DNA of 64,000 nucleotides, from contig JBAOHC010000027.1 of assembly GCA_037046735.1 (NCBI GenBank), positions 12,307 to 76,306 on the forward strand. The letters are read 5' to 3'. Origin of the DNA: Candidatus Nanopelagicales bacterium. GTDB taxonomy: Bacteria > Actinomycetota > Actinomycetes > S36-B12 > UBA10799. The notes below the pieces were generated by a model. That model did no database searches. It had not been told where the DNA came from and saw only the letters and a list, made by a program, of their open reading frames with translations. The position numbers and the translations under genes were made by a program. Below are positions 1 to 7,247 of the stretch, one piece after another. Within the stretch, counting starts at the first letter, position 1. Each line of letters begins with the position of its first letter.

Positions 1-1
1 G

Positions 2-391
2 GAGTTCGCGGACCTCTTCGGGCCGACCTTCGACCTCCACCTCACATCGACGGTTGCGCAGCCGCCGGTGGCGATCGGGGAACTCGCGCCGAAACCCGCG
101 GAGAAGGCAGCCCTGTCGGTTCTCCAGCGGGTCGGCCCGCCGCCCGTGCTGCGCCGCCTCCTCGATCAACTGGCGACGGACTCCCTGGAGGCGACCCCAC
201 AGACTCAGATCTACAACATGACCGGCCAGCCCGCCATGAGTGTGCCCATGCATGTCACTCGGGCCGGCCTGCCGATGGGTGTGCAGATCGCTGCGGCATT
301 CGGCGACGACGCGAGACTGCTGCAAGTTGCCAGCCAGATCGAACAGGCGAAGCCGTGGGTAGACGGGCTGCCGACGACCAAGCAGTTATGA
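2..391 (+). CDS. amidase-family protein, C-terminal fragment (5' end lies left of the window)
   Basis: The frame is open from the window edge to TGA 389-391. The tail GQPAMSVPMHVTRAGLPMGVQIAAAFGDDARLLQVASQIE resembles C-termini of amidase-signature enzymes. The stop overlaps the next start (ATGA). Confidence 0.6.
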   Translation, partial: EFADLFGPTFDLHLTSTVAQPPVAIGELAPKPAEKAALSVLQRVGPPPVLRRLLDQLATDSLEATPQTQIYNMTGQPAMSVPMHVTRAGLPMGVQIAAAFGDDARLLQVASQIEQAKPWVDGLPTTKQL

Positions 392-1209
392 CCCATCCCT
401 ATCTGGACTCCCCCACGCCCGTGGCCCTGGCCCACCGTGGTGGTGCCGCGGAGGCGCCGGAAAACTCCCTGAGCGCCTTTCAGAAGGTCGTTGACCTGGG
501 ATATGTGTACATCGAGACCGATGTGCGCGCCACCTCCGACGGGGTGCCGGTCGTCTTTCACGACGAACGCCTGGACCGAGTGACCGACCGGATAGGTCGG
601 GTGCGAGAGCTGCCCTTCGCCCACGTGGCCAAGGCCCGCGTGGGTGGTGTTGATGCCGTCCAGTCGCTGGCCGACACTCTGGCTGCTTTCCCGAACACCC
701 GCTTCAACATCGACATCAAGGAAGACCACGCCCTCACCCCGATGCTGGAACTGCTCGCTGGCGGTGACTACTTCGATCGGGTATGTATCGCGTCATTCTC
801 ATGGTCGCGTTTGCGGGCTGTCCGGGCGGCGTTCGGTGATCGGGTCTGCACTGCCCTGGCCCCCCAAGAGGTGGCGGCACTGGTGTCCCTCTCCCGGCTC
901 GGACGCCTGCGGGCAGGTGACCGATTTGTCTTCCCGAGTGGGCCCATCGCGGTCCAGGTCCCCCGTCGTACGGCGAGGATGCCGATCATCACGCCAGCGT
1001 TCCTGCGCGCCGCCCATCGCCGGGGGTGGCCCGTGCACGCCTGGACGATCGATGAGCCCCAGGAGATGCAGGCACTGCTCCAGATGGGTGTTCAAGGGAT
1101 TATTACCGACCGGCCGACCGTTCTGAAGGACGTACTGTCACGGTGGCCACAAGACAATGTAAGGGATGTGTCAGGCACGAGTGGCGGACTGGCGCCGGAC
1201 ATGCCGTAG
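388..1209 (+). CDS. glycerophosphodiester phosphodiesterase (GDPD/UgpQ family)
   Basis: ORF 355-1209, with the start placed at ATG 388 (ATGA overlap with the upstream stop). Motifs HRGGAAEAPENS and VVFHDERLDRVTD are typical of GDPD enzymes. Confidence 0.8.
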   Translation: MTHPYLDSPTPVALAHRGGAAEAPENSLSAFQKVVDLGYVYIETDVRATSDGVPVVFHDERLDRVTDRIGRVRELPFAHVAKARVGGVDAVQSLADTLAAFPNTRFNIDIKEDHALTPMLELLAGGDYFDRVCIASFSWSRLRAVRAAFGDRVCTALAPQEVAALVSLSRLGRLRAGDRFVFPSGPIAVQVPRRTARMPIITPAFLRAAHRRGWPVHAWTIDEPQEMQALLQMGVQGIITDRPTVLKDVLSRWPQDNVRDVSGTSGGLAPDMP

Positions 1210-1286
1210 CCGACACTGTGGAGCATGTACCACTTGCGGGGCTGATGTTTAGAAGGCCCGAAAGTGGGGAATAGAAGTAGTCAGCG

Positions 1287-1299
1287 TGACGTTACGTCA
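1287..1299. promoter_or_regulatory. perfect 13-nt palindrome TGACGTTACGTCA in the rbpA leader
   Basis: Read directly from the sequence, 43 nt upstream of the rbpA ATG. Function unknown; it could be an operator or a 5' UTR hairpin. Confidence 0.2.
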
Positions 1300-1341
1300 G
1301 GCAGCACCGCATTCCGGTGCACGAGGATGGAAGAAGGCAGC

Positions 1342-1686
1342 ATGAGTGAGGCCCTGCGCGGCACCCGTCTTGGAGCGACGAGTCTGGAGAACGACCGCGA
1401 CGTCGAATTCGCTCCGCGCATGACCGTGACCTACGACTGCCCGGCTGGACATGTGATCAACATGCCGTTCGCGGCTGAGGCAGAGGTTCCGGTCGAATGG
1501 GAGTGCGCCTGTGGGGAGATGGCACTTCTCACCGACGCCACCAAGCCCGAGCCCAAGCCGACCAAGCACGTTCGGACACATTGGGACATGCTTCTCGAGC
1601 GGCGCTCCATCGCCGAACTCGAGGAGTTGCTACAGGAGCGACTGGCCCTGCTGGACGACACGACGTCCAAATTGCGCAGCGCCTGA
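1342..1686 (+). CDS. rbpA: RNA polymerase-binding protein RbpA
   Basis: ATG 1342 is preceded by GGAAGAAGG and gives 114 aa. TYDCPAGHVINMPF...WECACGE...RTHWDMLLERRS matches RbpA core and sigma-interaction regions known from Mycobacterium and Streptomyces. Confidence 0.9.
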   Translation: MSEALRGTRLGATSLENDRDVEFAPRMTVTYDCPAGHVINMPFAAEAEVPVEWECACGEMALLTDATKPEPKPTKHVRTHWDMLLERRSIAELEELLQERLALLDDTTSKLRSA

Positions 1687-1696
1687 TCGCGTAGAC

Positions 1697-1738
1697 CACA
1701 GAACCGGGTCGAGGGAAACCTCGGCCCGGTTCTCTGTG
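1697..1738 (+). terminator. hairpin downstream of rbpA
   Basis: aaccgggtcgagg-gaaa-cctcggcccggtt (13-bp stem with one G-U) begins 16 nt after the rbpA stop. There is no clear U-tract, which is common in high-GC actinobacteria. Confidence 0.5.
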
Positions 1739-1802
1739 TGCGCGGAACCCGTGGCCGTGCTCCCGCTCGACGACAGTCATCACCCGCGCTAGATTCCCCC
1801 TC

Positions 1803-2165
1803 ATGAGCGCCGCCGACCAACCCATCAAAGAGGCCATCCCCTGCACCACCGCCTTTGAACTGCCCGGCTACACCATCACCGCGCATTTGGGGCTGACCTG
1901 GGGTGTCCTGGTGCGCTCGGTGGGCTTCGCGAAGGGATTCACCGGCGGGTTCCGGGCCTTGAAGGCCGGCGAGGTACCGCAGTACACCGATGTGGTGGAT
2001 CAAGCCCGCCGCGACGCCCTGGATCGACTCATCCAGCACGCGCAGTCTCTGGGCGCCAACGCCATCGTGGGCGTGCGGTTCGACTCCTCCGACGTGGGCG
2101 GTGGCGATCAGGGTCTCACCGAGATCCTGGCCTACGGCTCAGCAGTCGTCGTGCAACCCACGTGA
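1803..2165 (+). CDS. YbjQ/UPF0145 family protein
   Basis: 120 aa. TTAFELPGY...GANAIVGVRFDSS...AYGSAVVV is typical of the YbjQ family. Confidence 0.8.
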   Translation: MSAADQPIKEAIPCTTAFELPGYTITAHLGLTWGVLVRSVGFAKGFTGGFRALKAGEVPQYTDVVDQARRDALDRLIQHAQSLGANAIVGVRFDSSDVGGGDQGLTEILAYGSAVVVQPT

Positions 2166-2184
2166 GGTCCTAGGCGGGGTCGGT

Positions 2185-2958
2185 TCAGCTCTTCTGGGCC
2201 GAACGCCGTTTGGAGGCTACTGACTTGACCTGAGCCACGCGCTCCCGCGCGCCCCACACCGTGACCCGCCACAACGCCTCAGACACGATCTTGCGGTTCA
2301 TCTTGCTGTCGCCGATCTGGCGCTCCACGAATTCGATGGGCACCTCGCGCACCCGCAGACCTCGGTCCAGGGTCCGGTACGCCAGATCGACCTGGAAGAT
2401 GTACCCAGCGCTACCCACACCGTCGAGGTCGAGTGCCCGCAGCGTAGAGGCCCGGAAGGCCCGGTATCCCCCGGTCGCGTCCATCAGCGGCAGCCGCAGG
2501 GCCCGCCGGGTGTACCAGTTCCCGCCCCGGGACAGGATCTCGCGGGACCGCGGCCAGTTCACCACGGATCCGCCATCCACCCATCGGGAGCCGAGGACCA
2601 GGTCCGCATCCCGCAGAGCATCGAGGAGCAAGGGGAGCTGCTCGGGCTGGTGACTGCCGTCAGCGTCCATCTCGACCACGACGTCGAAGCCCTGCTCCAA
2701 CGCCCATGCGAAGCCGGCCAAATAGGCAGCCCCGAGGCCTTCCTTGCCCAGGCGGTGCATCACATGGAGATGATCGTCCGACGCCGCGAGTTCGTCAGCC
2801 ACCTTGGCGGTACCGTCCGGGCTGTTGTCGTCGGCGACGAGGATGTACGCCTCAGGGACACTGTTGCGCACTCGGGCCACAATCAGCGGCAGGTTCTCCG
2901 CCTCGTTGTACGTGGGGATCACCACCACGATGCGACCCAGATCCTCAAACTCCACCAT
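2185..2958 (-). CDS. ppm1: polyprenol-monophosphomannose synthase (GT2)
   Basis: VVIPTYNEAENL and EMDADGSH motifs. It sits directly downstream of lnt, as in actinobacteria where Ppm1 and Lnt are separate or fused. Confidence 0.85.
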   Translation of the reverse strand: MVEFEDLGRIVVVIPTYNEAENLPLIVARVRNSVPEAYILVADDNSPDGTAKVADELAASDDHLHVMHRLGKEGLGAAYLAGFAWALEQGFDVVVEMDADGSHQPEQLPLLLDALRDADLVLGSRWVDGGSVVNWPRSREILSRGGNWYTRRALRLPLMDATGGYRAFRASTLRALDLDGVGSAGYIFQVDLAYRTLDRGLRVREVPIEFVERQIGDSKMNRKIVSEALWRVTVWGARERVAQVKSVASKRRSAQKS

Positions 2959-4447
2959 TTGACGTTACCCGTCGATCCGGTGCGCGATGCCGTCGGCCCC
3001 ATAGCCCCAAACCGAGTGCTAACGCCCCCGTGATGCTCAGGAGGCCGTCCACCGGTCCCCCGAAGCGAACTGCCGGCGTCCAGCTGTCGGTGAGTGCCAC
3101 CTCTGCGTTCAACCAGCCGGGCTGCAGTTGCGGCAGGCTCTGGAAACTCCCGTCCGGCGTGACGACTCCCGTGACACCCGTGGTCGCGGCGACCAGCATC
3201 GTCCGGCCGGTCTCCCGGGCACGCAACCGTGTGATGTCGAACTGTTGTTCGGGTTGGGCGGTGAGTGCGTACGTGGCGTTGTTCGTCTGCACCACAACTG
3301 CCCGCCCACCCTCACGTACCCCGGTCCGCACGATCTCATCGTTGGACACCTCGAAGCAGATCACGTTGGCGATCCGGGCCGGGCCCAACTGGAGGACGCC
3401 GGGACTCTCCCCCGCGATGAAGTCGCGTGGGACGCGGTCGAATCGGGTGATCACCTTGCTCAACAGCGGGCGAAAGGGCAGGAACTCCCCGAAGGGAACC
3501 GGGTGCTGCTTGACGTACGCATCCGTCGGGCCGTCCTGCGGATCCCAGACCAGCCCCACGTTCGCCACCCGATCGGGCTGGCCTGGGACCTGCTGCACGG
3601 TCCCGACCAGAATCGGCACGTCGATCGCGGAGCCCGCCGCTGAGACCAACGCGCCAGCCTCAGGGTCGACCACAGGGTCAAGGTCGGCGGCATTCTCCGG
3701 CCAGATGACGGCGTCCGGCGCAGGCTCCGCGCCACTGGCCACTGCTTGGGCCAGGTCCAGGGTGGTCGTCGTGTGATTGGTGAGCACCGCGAGTGGGCGA
3801 CCCAGGAAGTCAATGCCTGGCCGCGGCACATTGCCCTGGATGACAGCGAGGCGAGCTGTCGCGGGGGCTTCGGTGGACACCGCGCGGGGCATGACCAGGG
3901 CACCCACCAACACCAGCGCCACCGTGATGGCCGCGGCCACGGCAGCGGGGCGGCGCCCGCTGACCGCCACGACCAGCAGGCAACCCAGGGTGGCCACCAC
4001 AAAACTGAGCAGCGGGGCGCCGCCCATGGTGACCCACCCCGTCAGCGGTGAGTCGGGCTGGCTGAAGGCGAGCCGGCCCCATCCCAGGCCGCCCCACGGG
4101 AAGCGACCACGCAACCACTCCTGTCCTACCCAGACGGCGGGCACTGCGAGCCACCACCAGCGCAGAACCAGTACCCGGGAGACCGCCCACCCGAGGGCCA
4201 TGAACCACAGGCTCATGGCCAGGGACAGGGCCAGCCACGCATCGGGGCCCAGGACGCTGATCCAGTGCAACAGGGGAACGAAGAACGCCACTCCGGCAGC
4301 TGCCCCCAGCCATGCCGGATGCTCGGCATCACGGACCGCGACGATGAACGCCGCCACCCCCAGTGGAGCCGTCCACCACCACCCGACGGGCGGGAAACTG
4401 AGGACCTGCAGAACCCCCGCGGCGAGCGCCAGCAGCAGGTTCCTCAC
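2945..4447 (-). CDS. lnt: apolipoprotein N-acyltransferase
   Basis: Multi-TM N-terminus plus a CN-hydrolase domain (NVICFEV). I place the start at GTG 4447, which overlaps the upstream stop (GTGA), rather than the Arg/Pro-rich extension to 4600. Confidence 0.85.
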   Translation of the reverse strand: MRNLLLALAAGVLQVLSFPPVGWWWTAPLGVAAFIVAVRDAEHPAWLGAAAGVAFFVPLLHWISVLGPDAWLALSLAMSLWFMALGWAVSRVLVLRWWWLAVPAVWVGQEWLRGRFPWGGLGWGRLAFSQPDSPLTGWVTMGGAPLLSFVVATLGCLLVVAVSGRRPAAVAAAITVALVLVGALVMPRAVSTEAPATARLAVIQGNVPRPGIDFLGRPLAVLTNHTTTTLDLAQAVASGAEPAPDAVIWPENAADLDPVVDPEAGALVSAAGSAIDVPILVGTVQQVPGQPDRVANVGLVWDPQDGPTDAYVKQHPVPFGEFLPFRPLLSKVITRFDRVPRDFIAGESPGVLQLGPARIANVICFEVSNDEIVRTGVREGGRAVVVQTNNATYALTAQPEQQFDITRLRARETGRTMLVAATTGVTGVVTPDGSFQSLPQLQPGWLNAEVALTDSWTPAVRFGGPVDGLLSITGALALGLGLWGRRHRAPDRRVTSNGGV

Positions 4448-5148
4448 TGCGGGATCCCCTGTTTCCACACGCGCGTCACGTCCGGCAGTGGATGTCCGGG
4501 CTGCAGCCGGGGCAGGCCGGGCGTAGCTGAGCGAGGGTCGGTCGACCAGTTGCTGATGCGCTCGTCCGGGCTCTCGACCACCAGGTCCTTGGCCCGCCAC
4601 TGGACGAACGTGGCCATTGCGCCCACCGCCAGGACTCCCTGGTCAGGTTGGCCGATGAGCCGCCACGCGCCCCGGGTCAGGGCGGAGAAGGCGCCACGTG
4701 CGGTCAGTCGTTCCTGCGCCGACACCAGATGCACGGCGGCACGTACGGTTTCCCAGCCGCTGGTCTGCGGGTGCTCAGGCGCCAGCGCCGTGGCAACGCC
4801 CATGGCGATCCGGCTGCGCAGACGACAGTCACTGGTAGGCACGACCGCCACGGGTCGCTGCGCGTGGTCCTGCCACTGCTGCTCATCCCAGCCGTTGGCG
4901 ATCGGGATGTCGGCCGTCTGCGCATGCACGAACCCGGCGTCCGGGTACACCACGTCGCAGCCCAGATTGACGAATCCCGGAGTGACCAGATCCTGTTCGA
5001 GATCGACGACCGTGTCCACGTCGCCGCGGTGCACCTCCGCGCCGCCCGCTGACCCGATCCAGGCGATGATCCCGTCCTCGACCAGGATGGCCGTCGCAAA
5101 GTTCTCGACCAGGGAGTAGATCTGTCCGTTGACCAGCAGCGTCCGCAC
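4444..5148 (-). CDS. amidohydrolase-like protein lacking the metal-binding barrel (hypothetical)
   Basis: 234 aa. The N- and C-terminal segments resemble the composite beta-sandwich of amidohydrolases. PGFVNLGCDVVY replaces the usual PGFID-H-x-H. Confidence 0.5.
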   Translation of the reverse strand: MRTLLVNGQIYSLVENFATAILVEDGIIAWIGSAGGAEVHRGDVDTVVDLEQDLVTPGFVNLGCDVVYPDAGFVHAQTADIPIANGWDEQQWQDHAQRPVAVVPTSDCRLRSRIAMGVATALAPEHPQTSGWETVRAAVHLVSAQERLTARGAFSALTRGAWRLIGQPDQGVLAVGAMATFVQWRAKDLVVESPDERISNWSTDPRSATPGLPRLQPGHPLPDVTRVWKQGIPQ

Positions 5149-5158
5149 TCTTGCGAGT

Positions 5159-6277
5159 CTAGATATCCACCACGATCAGGTCGTGCGGGCGGTTGTTGCA
5201 GCTCACGTACCCGGTTTCGGTGCAGACCACGATGTCCTCGATGCGCGCCCCGTGCGATCCGGCGCGGTAGACACCCGGCTCGATGCTGAAGGCCATCCCG
5301 GGTTCCAGGGGTCGGTGATTGCCGACGATGATGTACGGCTCCTCATGCGTTTCCAGCCCGATCCCATGGCCGGTGCGGTGGATGAAGTACTCCCCGAGCC
5401 CTGCCGTCGTGAGGTAGTCCCGGGCCACGGCGTCGATGGCCTCGCAGCTGATTCCAGGCCGCACCGCCGCCACGGCAGCGGCCTGCGCCAAGCGCAGCAC
5501 CTCGAACTCCTCGCGCACCGCGGTCGACGGCTCGCCCAGAGAGTACATGCGGGTGGAGTCGCTGCAGTACCCGTCGGGCATCGTGCCCCCAATGTCGACC
5601 ACTACCGAATCCCCGACCGCCAGCACCCGATCGGAGAGCTCATGGTGGGGACTGGCCCCGTTCGGCCCTGACGCCACGATCACGAAGTCCACAGTGGCGT
5701 GGCCCGCCGCGATGATCGCATCGGCGATGTCGGCGCCCACTTCCCGTTCGGTCCTGCCGGGTCGTAGCCACTGCGCGACCTGGGCGTGCACGGAGTCGAT
5801 GGCAGCCCCTGCGGCCACCAGCGCAGCGATCTCGGACGGGGATTTCCGCATCCGGAGCTCCTGGACGACCGGACCCGCCGCCACCTGGTGGGCCGAGGGC
5901 ATCGCGTCGCGCAGCGCCAGTACCTTGGATGCCCACATATGGTCATCGACGGCGACCCGCCGGGCCACGGGCAGTAAGGACGCCGTCAGCGCGAAGGGGT
6001 CCTCGGTCTCCTCCCAGGCCACAACTTCCACGTCCAGAGCCGCGAGCGGACTGGCCAGTGCCGCCGGGACCTCCAAGCCGGGCACGACAATGCGCGGATG
6101 AGCACTGGTGGACAGCACCAGGCACGTCAACCGCTCCAGGGGGATGGCGTCATACCCGGTCAGGTACCTCAGATCGGGCCCCGGCGACACGAGAACGGCA
6201 TCCAGCCCGGCAACGGCAGCGGCCTGCACGCAGCGGCTGAGTCGGTCCTTGAGATCAGCGACGTCAACGATGTCCAT
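5159..6277 (-). CDS. M24 family Xaa-Pro dipeptidase/aminopeptidase
   Basis: HRTGHGIGLETHEEPY motif. The start is placed at internal ATG 6277 (MDIVDVADLKDRL), which avoids an implausible 62-aa extension. Confidence 0.85.
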   Translation of the reverse strand: MDIVDVADLKDRLSRCVQAAAVAGLDAVLVSPGPDLRYLTGYDAIPLERLTCLVLSTSAHPRIVVPGLEVPAALASPLAALDVEVVAWEETEDPFALTASLLPVARRVAVDDHMWASKVLALRDAMPSAHQVAAGPVVQELRMRKSPSEIAALVAAGAAIDSVHAQVAQWLRPGRTEREVGADIADAIIAAGHATVDFVIVASGPNGASPHHELSDRVLAVGDSVVVDIGGTMPDGYCSDSTRMYSLGEPSTAVREEFEVLRLAQAAAVAAVRPGISCEAIDAVARDYLTTAGLGEYFIHRTGHGIGLETHEEPYIIVGNHRPLEPGMAFSIEPGVYRAGSHGARIEDIVVCTETGYVSCNNRPHDLIVVDI

Positions 6278-6338
6278 TGTCGAAGGGTAGTCCCTGCTTC
6301 GCGCGTGGCAGGGGTCTAGCTGATGACAGACTGGACCG

Positions 6339-7247
6339 ATGAGCCGACCCGTGATGCTGCTGGACACCGCGTCGCTGTACTTCCGTGCGTTCTTCGGCGT
6401 CCCCGACACCCGTCGCAGTGCGGATGCCCCACCGACCAACGCAGCCAGCGGGCTCCTCGACATGATCGCTCGCCTGATGCGGGATCATTCTCCGTCGTCG
6501 GTGGTGGCGTGTTGGGACAACGACTGGCGCCCGGCGTTCCGGGTCGACGCCCTGCCGTCCTACAAGCAACACCGCGTAGCCACTGGCGCCGAGGAAGAGG
6601 TACCGGATCTGTTGCAGGAACAGATCCCGTTGATCGAGGCGATGCTGGTCGCGGCGGGTATCCCACCCATCGGCGCCGATGGTCACGAAGCCGATGACGT
6701 GATCGGGACGTATGCCACCAACGCCGCCCGTCCGGTGGACGTCGTCACCGGTGACCGTGACCTCTTTCAGATCGTCGATGACCAGCGCGACGTCCGCGTT
6801 CTCTACACCGCGCGGGGCATCTCCAAGCTGCAGGTGGTCGACGGCGTCTACGTCGCGCAGAAGTACGGCGTCACCCCGGCCCAATACGCTGATATGGCGA
6901 CTCTGCGCGGCGATCCCAGCGACGGTCTGCCCGGAGTGGCGGGCATCGGGGAGAAGACGGCCGCCTCCCTGCTGCGCTCTTTCGGTGACCTTGCGGGGGT
7001 GCGGACGGCCGCCGCGGACCCGACCAGTTCCATGACCCCGCGCCTGCGCGGTTCGATAACGGCTGCGACCGACTACCTCGACCGTGCACCCTCGGTGGTG
7101 CAGGTGGTCACTGATCTGGACCTGCCACCACTGCCGGCCGGGCCGCCACAGCCCGACGATGCCTTGCTGGACCTGATCGGAGAGGAGTTCGGTATCGGAT
7201 CGTCGATCTCCCGATACCGCGTTGCCCTGGCTTCCTCACACCTCTGA
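6339..7247 (+). CDS. 5'-3' exonuclease (FEN-like, Rv2090-type)
   Basis: MLLDTASLYFRAFFG N-terminus and an H3TH segment GVAGIGEKTAASLL. Confidence 0.85.
   Translation: MSRPVMLLDTASLYFRAFFGVPDTRRSADAPPTNAASGLLDMIARLMRDHSPSSVVACWDNDWRPAFRVDALPSYKQHRVATGAEEEVPDLLQEQIPLIEAMLVAAGIPPIGADGHEADDVIGTYATNAARPVDVVTGDRDLFQIVDDQRDVRVLYTARGISKLQVVDGVYVAQKYGVTPAQYADMATLRGDPSDGLPGVAGIGEKTAASLLRSFGDLAGVRTAAADPTSSMTPRLRGSITAATDYLDRAPSVVQVVTDLDLPPLPAGPPQPDDALLDLIGEEFGIGSSISRYRVALASSHL

Noticed and set aside
5159-6463. Long N-terminal extensions given by the ORF track for several genes: M24 peptidase to 6463, lnt to 4600, helY to 10019, SCO1664 to 37300, AidB-like from 43939, LigD-pol from 48882, and the ABC ATPase from 22884.
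   Set aside because: The extensions overlap neighbouring genes and are compositionally non-protein-like. Internal starts coincide with stop/start overlaps (ATGA, GTGA, TGATG) or RBS-like sequences and give family-typical N-termini.
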